From Eledone cirrhosa (Eukaryota): DNA of 64,000 nucleotides. The stretch lies in NCBI GenBank assembly GCA_964016885.1, contig OZ024744.1, positions 17,546,001 to 17,610,000 on the forward strand. Direction: 5' to 3'. The translations under genes were made by a program, and so were the position numbers. The notes under the pieces are model-generated. The model worked only from the letters and a program-made list of their open reading frames with translations. It did no database searches and was not told where the DNA came from. Positions 16,701-31,700 of the stretch are shown one piece after another; positions within the stretch are counted from its first letter, which is position 1, and every line of letters begins with the position of its first letter.

Positions 16701-19700
16701 ACATTGACCACAGGTTGGTATTCATTGCTGACCTGTACACCATCAGATACTGACGACAGGTTGAAACTCATTGTTGCCCTGTACACCATCAAGTATTGAC
16801 GGCAGGTTGATACTCATTGCTGACCTGTACACCATCAGACCTTGACGGCAGGTTGGTACTCACTGCTGACCTGTACACCATCAGACACTGACGGCAGGTT
16901 GATACACATTGCTGACCTGTACACCATCAGATACTGACGACAGGTTGATACTCATTGCTGACCTGTACACCATCAGATACTGACGACAGGTTGATACTCA
17001 TTGCTGACCTGTACACCATCAGGTATTGACGACAGGTTGATACACATTGCTGACCTGTACACCATCAGACATTGACCACAGGTTGGTATTCGTTGCTGAC
17101 CTGTACACCATCAGATACTGACGACAGGTTGAAACTCATTGTTGCCCTGTACACCATCAAGTATTGACGGCAGGTTGATACTCATTGCTGACCTGTACAC
17201 CATCAGACATTGACGGCAGGTTGGTACTCACTGCTGACCTGTACACCATCAGACACTGACGGCAGGTTGATACACATTGCTGACCTGTACACCATCAGAT
17301 ACTGACGACAGGTTGATACTCATTGCTGACCTGTACACCATCAGACATTGATGACAGGTTAATACACATTGCAGACCTGTACACCATCAGACATTGACGA
17401 CATGTTGATACTCATTGCTGACCTGTACACCATCAGACATTGACAGCAGGTTGATACTCATTGCTGACCTGTACACCATCAGACACTGACGGCAGGTTGA
17501 TACTCATTGCTGACCTGTACACCATCAGTTATTGACGACAAGTTGATACTCATTGTTGACCTGTACACCATCAGACATTGATGACAGGTTGATACTCATT
17601 GCTGACCTGTACACCATCAGAATTTGACGGCAGTTTGATACTCATTGCTGACCTGTACACCATCAGACATTGACGACAGGTTGATACTCATTGCTGACCT
17701 GTACACCATCAGACATTGTCGTTAGGTTGATACTCATTGCTGACATGTACACCATCAGATATTGATGTCAGGTTGATACTCATTGCTGACCTTACACCAT
17801 TAGGTATTGACGGCAGGTTGATACTCATTGCTGACCTGTACACCATCAGACATTGACGGCAGGTTGATACTCATTGCTGACCTGTACACCATCAGATACT
17901 GACTACAGGTTGATACTCATTGCTGACCTGTACACCATCAGATACTGACGACAGGTTGATACTCATTGCTGACCTGTACACCATCAGGTATTGACGACAG
18001 GTTGATACACATTGCTGACCTGTACACCATCAGACATTGACCACAGGTTGGTATTCATTGCTGACCTGTACACCATCAGATACTGACGACAGGTTGAAAC
18101 TCATTGTTGCCCTGTACACCATCAAGTATTGACGGCAGGTTGATACTCATTGCTGACCTGTACACCATCAGACATTGACGGCAGGTTGGTACTCACTGCT
18201 GACCTGTACACCATCAGGCATTGAAGACAGGGTGATACTCATTGCTGACCTCTACACCATCAGGTATTGACGACAGGTTGATACTCATTGCTGACCTGTA
18301 CACCATCAGACGTTGACGGCAGGTTGATTCTCATTGCTGACCTGTACACCATCAGATACTGTCGACAGGTTGATACTCATTGCTGACCTGTACAGCATCA
18401 GATACTTACGACAGGTTGATACACATTGCTGACCTGTACACCCTCAGGTATTGACGACAGGTTGTTACACATTGTTGACCTGTACACCATCAGATACTGA
18501 CGACAAGTTGATACTCATTGCTGACCTGTACACCATCAGATATTGATGACAGGTTGGTACTCATTGATGACCTGTACACCATCAGATACTGACGACAGGT
18601 TGATACTCATTGCTGACCTTTACACCATCAGGTATTGACGACAGGTTGATACTCATTGCTGACCTGTACACCATCAGGTATTGACGACAGGTTGATACTC
18701 ATTGCTGACCTGTACACCATCAGACATTGACGGCAGGTTGATTCTCATTGCTGACCTGTACACCATCAGATACTGTCGACAGGTTGATACTCATTGCTGA
18801 CCTGTACACCATCAGACATTGATGACAGGTTGATGCTCATTGCTGACCTGTACACCATCAGACATTGACGACAGGTTGATACTCATTGCTGACCTGTACA
18901 CCATCAGGTATTGACAGCAGGTTGATACTCATTGCTGACCTGTACACCATCAGACATTGACGGCAGGTTGATACTCATTGCTGAAATTTACACCATCAGG
19001 TATTGACGGCAGGTTGATACTCATTGCTGACCTGTACACCAACATATATTGACGGCAGGTTGATACTCATTGCTGAAGTGTACACCATCAGACATTGACG
19101 ACAGGTTGATACTCATTGCTGATCTGTACACCATCAGATTTTGATGACAGGTTGATACTCATTGCTGACCTGTACACCATCAGACATTGACGTTAGGTTG
19201 ATACTCATTGCTGACATGTACACCATCAGATATTGATGTCAGGTTGATACTCATTGCTGACCTTACACCATTAGGTATTGACGGCAGGTTGATACTCATT
19301 GCTGACCTGTACACCATCAGACATTGACGGCAGGTTGATACTCATTGCTGACCTGTACACCATCAGATACTGACTACAGGTTGATACTCATTGCTGACCT
19401 GTACACCATCAGATACTGACGACAGGTTGATACTCATTGCTGACCTGTACACCATCAGGTATTGACGACAGGTTGATACACATTGCTGACCTGTACACCA
19501 TCAGACATTGACCACAGGTTGGTATTCATTGCTGACCTGTACACCATCAGATACTGACGACAGGTTGAAACTCATTGTTGCCCTGTACACCATCAAGTAT
19601 TGACGGCAGGTTGATACTCATTGCTGACCTGTACACCATCAGACATTGACGGCAGGTTGGTACTCACTGCTGACCTGTACACCATCAGACACTGACGGCA

Positions 19701-22700
19701 GGTTGATACACATTGCTGACCTGTACACCATCAGATACTGACGACAGGTTGATACTCATTGCTGACCTGTACACCATCAGACATTGATGACAGGTTAATA
19801 CACATTGCAGACCTGTACACCATCAGACATTGACGACATGTTGATACTCATTGCTGACCTGTACACCATCAGACATTGACAGCAGGTTGATACTCATTGC
19901 TGACCTGTACACCATCAGACACTGACGGCAGGTTGATACTCATTGCTGACCTGTACACCATCAGTTATTGACGACAAGTTGATACTCATTGTTGACCTGT
20001 ACACCATCAGACATTGATGACAGGTTGATACTCATTGCTGACCTGTACACCATCAGAATTTGACGGCAGTTTGATACTCATTGCTGACCTGTACATCATC
20101 AGACATTGACGACAGGTTGATACTCATTGCTGACCTGTACACCATCAGACATTGACGTTAGGTTGATACTCATTGCTGACATGTACACCATCAGATATTG
20201 ATGTCAGGTTGATACTCATTGCTGACCTTACACCATTAGGTATTGACGGCAGGTTGATACTCATTGCTGACCTGTACACCATCAGACATTGACGGCAGGT
20301 TGATACTCATTGCTGACCTGTACACCATCAGATACTGACGACAGGTTGATACTCATTGCTGACCTGTACACCATCAGGTATTGACGACAGGTTGATACAC
20401 ATTGCTGACCTGTACACCATCAGACATTGACCACAGGTTGGTATTCATTGCTGACCTGTACACCATCAGATACTGACGACAGGTTGAAACTCATTGTTGC
20501 CCTGTACACCATCAAGTATTGACGGCAGGTTGATACTCATTGCTGACCTGTACACCATCAGACATTGACGGCAGGTTGGTACTCACTGCTGACCTGTACA
20601 CCATCAGACACTGACGGCAGGTTGATACACATTGCTGACCTGTACACCATCAGATACTGACGACAGGTTGATACTCATTGCTGACCTGTACACCATCAGA
20701 CATTGATGACAGGTTAATACACATTGCAGACCTGTACACCATCAGACATTGACGACATGTTGATACTCATTGCTGACCTGTACACCATCAGACATTGACA
20801 GCAGGTTGATACTCATTGCTGACCTGTACACCATCAGACACTGACGGCAGGTTGATACTCATTGCTGACTTGTACACCATCAGACATTGACGGCAGGTTG
20901 ATACTCATTGCTGACCTGTACACCATCAGTTATTGACGACAAGTTGATACTCATTGTTGACCTGTACACCATCAGACATTGATGACAGGTTGATACTCAT
21001 TGCTGACCTGTACACCATCAGAATTTGACGGCAGTTTGATACTCATTGCTGACCTGTACACCATCAGACATTGACGACAGGTTGATACTCATTGCTGACC
21101 TGTACACCATCAGATACTGACGACAAGTTGATACTCATTTCTCACCTGTACACCATCAGGCATTGACGGCAGGTTGATACTCATTGCTGACCTCTACACC
21201 ATCAGGTATTGACGACAGGTTGATACTCATTGCTGACCTGTACACCATCAGACATTGACGGCAGGTTGATTCTCATTGCTGACCTGTACACCATCAGATA
21301 CTGTCGACAGGTTGATACTCATTGCTGACCTGTACACCATCAGATACTGACGACAGGTTGATACACATTGCTGACCTGTACACCCTCAGGTATTGACGAC
21401 AGGTTGTTACTCATTGTTGACCTGTACACCATCAGATACTGACGACAAGTTGATACTCATTGCTGACCTGTACACCATCAGATATTGATGACAGGTTGGT
21501 ACTCATTGATGACCTGTACACCATCAGACATTGACGGCAGGTTGATACTCATTGCTGACCTGTACACCATCAGATACTGACGACAGGTTGATACTCATTG
21601 CTGACCTGTACACCATCAGACATTGACGGCAGGTTGATACTCATTGCTGACCTGTACACCATCAGACATTGACGGCAGGTTGATACTCATTGCTGACCTG
21701 TACACCATCAGTTATTGACGATAGGTTGATACTCATTGCTGACCTGTACACCATCAGACATTGACGGCAGGTTGATACTCATTGCTGACCTGTACACCAT
21801 CAGACATTGACGACAGGTTGATACTCATTGCTGACCTGTACACCATCAGATACTGACGACAAGTTGATACTCATTGCTCACCTGTACACCATCAGGCATT
21901 GACGGCAGGTTGATACTCATTGCTGACCTGTACACCATCAGGCATTGAAGACAGGGTGATACTCATTGCTGACCTCTACACCATCAGGTATTGACGACAG
22001 GTTGATACTCATTGCTGACCTGTACAGCATCAGATACTTACGACAGGTTGATACACATTGCTGACCTGTACACCCTCAGGTATTGACGACAGGTTGTTAC
22101 ACATTGTTGACCTGTACACCATCAGATACTGACGACAAGTTGATACTCATTGCTGACCTGTACACCATCAGATATTGATGACAGGTTGGTACTCATTGAT
22201 GACCTGTACACCATCAGATACTGACGACAGGTTGATACTCATTGCTGACCTTTACACCATCAGGTATTGACGACAGGTTGATACTCATTGCTGACCTGTA
22301 CACCATCAGGTATTGACGACAGGTTGATACTCATTGCTGACCTGTACACCATCAGACATTGACGGCAGGTTGATTCTCATTGCTGACCTGTACACCATCA
22401 GATACTGTCGACAGGTTGATACTCATTGCTGACCTGTACACCATCAGATACTGACGACAGGTTGATACACATTGCTGACCTGTACACCATCAGACATTGA
22501 CCACAGGTTGGTATTCATTGCTGACCTGTACACCATCAAACACTGACGGCAGGTTGATACTCATTGCTGACCTGTACACCATCAGATACTGACGACAGGT
22601 TGATACTCATTGCTGACCTGTACACCATCAGACATTGATGACAGGTTGATGCTCATTGCTGACCTGTACACCATCAGACATTGACGACAGGTTGATACTC

Positions 22701-25700
22701 ATTGCTGACCTGTACACCATCAGGTATTGACAGCAGGTTGATACTCATTGCTGACCTGTACACCATCAGACATTGACGGCAGGTTGATACTCATTGCTGA
22801 AATTTACACCATCAGGTATTGACGGCAGGTTGATACTCATTGCTGACCTGTACACCAACATATATTGACGGCAGGTTGATACTCATTGCTGAAGTGTACA
22901 CCATCAGACATTGACGACAGGTTGATACTCATTGCTGATCTGTACACCATCAGATTTTGATGACAGGTTGATACTCATTGCTGACCTGTACACCATCAGA
23001 CATTGACGTTAGGTTGATACTCATTGCTGACATGTACACCATCAGATATTGATGTCAGGTTGATACTCATTGCTGACCTTACACCATTAGGTATTGACGG
23101 CAGGTTGATACTCATTGCTGACCTGTACACCATCAGACATTGACGGCAGGTTGATACTCATTGCTGACCTGTACACCATCAGACATTGACGACAGGTTGA
23201 TACTCATTGCTGACCTGTACACCATCAGATACTGACGACAGGTTGATACTCATTGCTGACCTGTACACCATCAGGTATTGACGACAGGTTGATACACATT
23301 GCTGACCTGTACACCATCAGACATTGACCACAGGTTGGTATTCATTGCTGACCTGTACACCATCAGATACTGACGACAGGTTGAAACTCATTGTTGCCCT
23401 GTACACCATCAAGTATTGACGGCAGGTTGATACTCATTGCTGACCTGTACACCATCAGACATTGACGGCAGGTTGGTAATCACTGCTGACCTGTACACCA
23501 TCAGACACTGACGGCAGGTTGATACACATTGCTGACCTGTACACCATCAGATACTGACGACAGGTTGATACTCATTGCTGACCTGTACACCATCAGACAT
23601 TGATGACAGGTTAATACACATTGCAGACCTGTACACCATCAGACATTGACGACATGTTGATACTCATTGCTGACCTGTACACCATCAGACATTGACAGCA
23701 GGTTGATACTCATTGCTGACCTGTACACCATCAGACACTGACGGCAGGTTGATACTCATTGCTGACCTGTACACCATCAGACATTGACGGCAGGTTGATA
23801 CTCATTGCTGACCTGTACACCATCAGTTATTGACGACAAGTTGATACTCATTGTTGACCTGTACACCATCAGACATTGATGACAGGTTGATACTCATTGC
23901 TGACCTGTACACCATCAGAATTTGACGGCAGTTTGATACTCATTGCTGACCTGTACACCATCAGACATTGACGACAGGTTGATACTCATTGCTGACCTGT
24001 ACACCATCAGATACTGACGACAAGTTGATACTCATTGCTCACCTGTACACCATCAGGCATTGACGGCAGGTTGATACTCATTGCTGACCTGTACACCATC
24101 AGGTATTGACGACAGGTTGATACTCATTGCTGACCTGTACACCATCAGATACTGACGACAGGTTGATACACATTGCTGACCTGTACACCATCAGACATTG
24201 ACCACAGGTTGGTATTCATTGCTGACCTGTACACCATCAAACACTGACGGCAGGTTGATACTCATTGCTGACCTGTACACCATCAGATACTGACGACAGG
24301 TTGATACTCATTGCTGACCTGTACACCATCAGACATTGATGACAGGTTGATGCTCATTGCTGACCTGTACACCATCAGACATTGACGACAGGTTGATACT
24401 CATTGCTGACCTGTACACCATCAGGTATTGACAGCAGGTTGATACTCATTGCTGACCTGTACACCATCAGACATTGACGGCAGGTTGATACTCATTGCTG
24501 ACCTGTACACCATCAGACATTGACGACAGTTTGGTACTCATTGCTGACCTGTACACCATCAGATACTGACGACAGGTTGATACTCATTGCTGACCTGTAC
24601 ACCATCAGGTATTGACGACAGGTTGATACACATTGCTGACCTGTACACCATCAGACATTGACCACAGGTTGGTATTCATTGCTGACCTGTACACCATCAG
24701 ATACTGACGACAGGTTGATACACATTGTTGCCCTGTACACCATCAAGTATTGACGGCAGGTTGATACTCATTGCTGACCTGTACACCATCAGACATTGAC
24801 GGCAGGTTGGTACTCACTGCTGACCTGTACACCATCAGACACTGACGGCAGGTTGATACACATTGCTGACCTGTACACCATCAGATACTGACGACAGGTT
24901 GATACTCATTGCTGACCTGTACACCATCAGACATTGATGACAGGTTAATACTCATTGCAGACCTGTACACCATCAGACATTGACGACAGGTTGATACTCA
25001 TTGCTGACCTATACACCATCAGTTATTGACGACATGTTGATACTCATTGCTGACCTGTACACCATCAGACATTGACGGCAGGTTGATACTCATTGCTGAC
25101 CTGTACACCATCAGACACTGACGGCAGGTTGATACTCATTGCTGACCTGTACACCATCAGTTATTGACGACAAGTTGATACTCATTGTTGACCTGTACAC
25201 CATCAGACATTGATGACAGGTTGATACTCATTGCTGACCTGTACACCATCAGAATTTGACGGCAGTTTGATACTCATTGCTGACCTGTACACCATCAGAC
25301 ATTGACGACAGGTTGATACTCATTGCTGACCTGTACACCATCAGATACTGACGACAAGTTGATACTCATTGCTCACCTGTACACCATCAGGCATTGACGG
25401 CAGGTTGATACTCATTGCTGACCTGTACACCATCAGGCATTGAAGACAGGTTGATACTCATTGCTGACCTCTACACCATCAGGTATTGACGACAGGTGTA
25501 TACTCATTGCTGACCTGTACACCATCAGATACTGTCGACAGGTTGATACTCATTGCTGACCTGTACACCATCAGATACTGACGACAGGTTGATACACATT
25601 GCTGACCTGTACACCCTCAGGTATTGACGACAGGTTGGTACTCATTGTTGACCTGTACACCATCAGATACTGACGACAAGTTGATACTCATTGCTGACCT

Positions 25701-28700
25701 GTACACCATCAGATATTGACGACAGGTTGGTACTCATTGATGACCTGTACACCATCAGAAACTGACGACAGGTTGATACTCATTGCTGACCTGTACACCA
25801 TCAGGTATTGACGACAGGTTGATACTCATTGCTGACCTGTACACCATCAGATACTGACGACAGGTTGATACTCATTGCTGACCTGTACACCATCAGACAT
25901 TGACGACAGGTTGATACTCATTGCTGACCTGTACACCATCAGGTATTGACGACAGGTTGATACTCATTGCTGACCTGTACACCATCAGACATTGGCGGCA
26001 GGTTGATTCTCATTGCTGACCTGTACACCATCAGATACTGTCGACAGGTTGATACTCATTGCTGACCTGTACACCATCAGGTATTGACAGCAGGTTGATA
26101 CTCATTGCTGACCTGTACACCATCAGACATTGACGGCAGGTTGATACTCATTGCTGACCTGTACACCATCAGACATTGACGACAGGTTGGTACTCATTGC
26201 TGACCTGTACACCATCGGATACTGACGACAGGTTGATACTCATTGCTGACCTGTACACAATCAAGTATTGACGGCAGGTTGATACTCATTGCTGACCTGT
26301 ACACCATCAGACATTGACGGCAGGTTGATACTCATTGCTGACCTGTACACAATCAAGTATTGACGGCAGGTTGATACTCATTGCTGACCTGTACACCATC
26401 AGATACTGACGACAAGTTGATACTCATTGCTCACCTGTACACCATCAGGCATTGACGGCAGGTTGATACTCATTGCTGACCTGTACACCATCAGGCATTG
26501 AAGACAGGTTGATACTCATTGCTGACCTCTACACCATCAGGTATTGACGACAGGTGTATACTCATTGCTGACCTGTACACCATCAGATACTGTCGACAGG
26601 TTGATACTCATTGCTGACCTGTACACCATCAGATACTGACGACAGGTTGATACACATTGCTGACCTGTACACCCTCAGGTATTGACGACAGGTTGGTACT
26701 CATTGTTGACCTGTACATCATCAGATACTGACGACAAGTTGATACTCATTGCTGACCTGTACACCATCAGATATTGACGACAGGTTGGTACTCATTGATG
26801 ACCTGTACACCATCAGATACTGACGACAAGTTGATACTCATTGCTGACCTGTACACCATCAGACATTGACGGAAGGTTGATTCTCATTGCTGACCTGTAC
26901 ACCATCAGATACTGTCGACAGGTTGATACTCATTGCTGACCTGTACACCATCAGATACTGACGACAGGTTGATACACATTGCTGACCTGTACACCATCAG
27001 ATATTGACCACAGGTTGGTACTCATTGCTGACCTGTACACTATAAGACATTGACGACAGGTTGATACTCATTGCTAACCTGTTCACCATCAGACATTGAC
27101 GACAGGTTGATACTCATTGCTGACCTGTACACCATCAGACACTGACGGCAGGTTGATACACATTGTTGACCTGTACACCATCAGACATTGACGGCAGGTT
27201 GATACTCATTGCTGACCTGTACACCATCAGACATTGACGGCAGGTTGATACTCTTTGCTGACCTGTACTCCATCAGATACTGACGATCGTTTGATAATCA
27301 TTGCTGGCCTGTACACCATCAGGTATTGACGACAGGTTGGTACTCATTGCTGACTTGTACACCATCAGGTATTGACGGCAGGTTGATACACATTGTTGAC
27401 CTGTACACCATCAGACATTGACGGCAGGTTGATACACATTGCTGACCTGTACACCATCAGGTATTGACGACAGGTTGATATCATTGCTAACCTGTACACC
27501 ATCAGACATTGACGACAGGTTGATACTCATTGCTGACCTGTACACCATCAGATACTGACGACAGGTTGATACTCATTGCTGACCTGTACACCATCAGACA
27601 TTGACGGCAGGTTGATACTCATTGCTTACATATACACCATCAGACATTGACAGCAGGTTGATACTCATTGTTGACCAGTACACCATCAGATATTGACGAC
27701 AGGTTGACACTCATTAGTGACCTGTACACCATCAGGTATTGACGGCAGGTGGATACTCATTGCTGACCTGTACACGATCAGATACTGACGGCAGGTTGAT
27801 ACTCATTGCTGACCTGTACACCATCAGACATTGACGGCAGGTTGATACTCATTGCTGACCTGTACACCATCAGTTATTGACGACAAGTTGATACTCATTG
27901 TTGACCTGTACACCATCAGACATTGATGACAGGTTGATACTCATTGCTGACCTGTACACGATCAGAATTTGACGGCAGTTTGATACTCATTGCTGACCTG
28001 TACACCATCAGACATTGACGACAGGTTGATACTCATTGCTGACCTGTACACCATCAGATACTGACGACAAGTTGATACTCATTGCTCACCTGTACACCAT
28101 CAGGCATTGACGGCAGGTTGATACTCATTGCTGACCTGTACACCATCAGGCATTGAAGACAGGGTGATACTCATTGCTGACCTCTACACCATCAGGTATT
28201 GACGACAGGTTGATACTCATTGCTGACCTGTACAGCATCAGATACTTACGACAGGTTGATACACATTGCTGACCTGTACACCCTCAGGTATTGACGACAA
28301 GTTGATACTCATTGCTGACCTGTACACCATCAGATATTGATGACAGATTGGTACTCATTGATGACCTGTACACCATCAGACACTGACGGCAGGTTGATAC
28401 TCATTGCTGACCTTTACACCATCAGGTATTGACGACAGGTTGATACTCATTGCTGACCTGTACACCATCAGGTATTGACGACAGGTTGATACTCATTGCT
28501 GACCTGTACACCATCAGACATTGACGGCAGGTTGATTCTCATTGCTGACCTGTACACCATCAGATACTGTCGACAGGTTGATACTCATTGCTGACCTGTA
28601 CACCATCAGATACTGACGACAGGTTGATACACATTGCTGACCTGTACACCATCAGACATTGACCACAGGTTGGTATTCATTGCTGACCTGTACACCATCA

Positions 28701-31700
28701 AACAGTGACGGCAGGTTGATACTCATTGCTGACCTGTACACCATCAGATACTGACGACAGGTTGATACTCATTGCTGACCTGTACACCATCAGACATTGA
28801 TGACAGGTTGATGCTCATTGCTGACCTGTACACCATCAGACATTGACGACAGGTTGGTACTCATTGCTGACCTGTACACCATCAGATATTGACGGCAGGT
28901 TGATACTCATTGCTGACCTGTACACCATCAGACATTGACGGCAGGTTGATACTCATTGCTGAAATTTACACCATCAGGTATTGACGGCAGGTTGATACTC
29001 ATTGCTGACCTGTACACCAACATATATTGACGGCAGGTTGATACTCATTGCTGAAGTGTACACCATCAGACATTGACGACAGGTTGATACTCATTGCTGA
29101 TCTGTACACCATCAGATTTTGATGACAGGTTGATACTCATTGCTGACCTTACACCATTAGGTATTGACGGCAGGTTGATACTCATTGCTGACCTGTACAC
29201 CATCAGACATTGACGGCAGGTTGATACTCATTGCTGACCTGTACACCATCAGATACTGACTACAGGTTGATACTCATTGCTGACCTGTACACCATCAGAT
29301 ACTGACGACAGGTTGATACTCATTGCTGACCTGTACACCATCAGGTATTGACGACAGGTTGATACACATTGCTGACCTGTACACCATCAGACATTGACCA
29401 CAGGTTGGTATTCATTGCTGACCTGTACACCATCAGATACTGACGACAGGTTGAAACTCATTGTTGCCCTGTACACCATCAAGTATTGACGGCAGGTTGA
29501 TACTCATTGCTGACCTGTACACCATCAGACATTGACGGCAGGTTGGTACTCACTGCTGACCTGTACACCATCAGACACTGACGGCAGGTTGATACACATT
29601 GCTGACCTGTACACCATCAGATACTGACGACAGGTTGATACTCATTGCTGACCTGTACACCATCAGACATTGATGACAGGTTAATACACATTGCAGACCT
29701 GTACACCATCAGACATTGACGACATGTTGATACTCATTGCTGACCTGTACACCATCAGACATTGACAGCAGGTTGATACTCATTGCTGACCTGTACACCA
29801 TCAGACACTGACGGCAGGTTGATACTCATTGCTGACCTGTACACCATCAGACATTGACGGCAGGTTGATACTCATTGCTGACCTGTACACCATCAGTTAT
29901 TGACGACAAGTTGATACTCATTGTTGACCTGTACACCATCAGACATTGATGACAGGTTGATACTCATTGCTGACCTGTACACCATCAGCATTTGACGGCA
30001 GTTTGATACTCATTACTGACCTGTACACCATCAGACATTGATGACAGGTTGATACTCATTGCTGACCTGTACACCATCAGATATTTACAGCAGGTTGGTA
30101 CTCATTGCTGACCTGTACACCATCAGGTATTGACAGCAGGTTGATACTCATTGCTGACCTGTACACCATCAGACATTGACGGCAGGTTGATACTCATTGC
30201 TGACCTGTACACCATCAGGTATTGACAGCAGGTTGATACTCATTGCTGACCTGTACACCATCAGACATTGACGGCAGGTTGATACTCATTGCTGACCTGT
30301 ACACCATCAGACATTGACGACAGTTTGGTACTCATTGCTGACCTGTACACCATCAGATACTGACGACAGGTTGATACTCATTGCTGACCTGTACACCATC
30401 AGGTATTGACGACAGGTTGATACACATTGCTGACCTGTACACCATCAGACATTGACCACAGGTTGGTATTCATTGCTGACCTGTACACCATCAGATACTG
30501 ACGACAGGTTGATACTCATTGTTGCCCTGTACACCATCAAGTATTGACGGCAGGTTGATACTCATTGCTGACCTGTACACCATCAGACGTTGACGGCAGG
30601 TTGGTACTCACTGCTGACCTGTACACCATCAGACACTGACGGCAGGTTGATACACATTGCTGACCTGTACACCATCAGACATTGATGACAGGTTAATACT
30701 CATTGCAGACCTGTACACCATCAGACATTGACGACAGGTTGATACTCATTGCTGACCTATACACCATCAGTTATTGACGACATGTTGATACTCATTGCTG
30801 ACCTGTACACCATCAGACATTGACGGCAGGTTGATACTCATTGCTGACCTGTACACCATCAGACACTGACGGCAGGTTGATACTCATTGCTGACCTGTAC
30901 ACCATCAGACATTGACGGCAGGTTGATACTCATTGCTGACCTGTACACCATCAGTTATTGACGACAAGTTGATACTCATTCTTGACCTGTACACCATCAG
31001 ACATTGATGACAGGTTGATACTCATTGCTGACCTGTACACCATCAGAATTTGACGGCAGTTTGATACTCATTGCTGACCTGTACACCATCAGACATTGAC
31101 GACAGGTTGATACTCATTGCTGACCTGTACACCATCAGATACTGACGACAAGTTGATACTCATTGCTCACCTGTACACCATCAGGCATTGACGGCAGGTT
31201 GATACTCATTGCTGACCTGTACACCATCAGGCATTGAAGACAGGTTGATACTCATTGCTGACCTCTACACCATCAGGTATTGACGACAGGTGTATACTCA
31301 TTGCTGACATGTACACCATCAGATACTGTCGACAGGTTGATACTCATTGCTGACCTGTACACCATCAGATACTGACGACAGGTTGATACACATTGCTGAC
31401 CTGTACACCATCAGATACTGACGACAGGTTGATACTCATTGCTGACCTGTACACCCTCAGGTATTGACGACAGGTTGGTACTCATTGTTGACCTGTACAC
31501 CATCAGATACTGACGACAAGTTGATACTCATTGCTGACCTGTACACCATCAGATATTGACGACAGGTTGGTACTCATTGATGACCTGTACACCATCAGAT
31601 ACTGACGACAGGTTGATACTCATTGCTGACCTGTACACCATCAGGTATTAACGACAGGTTGATACTCATTGCTGACCTGTACACCATCAGGTATTGACGA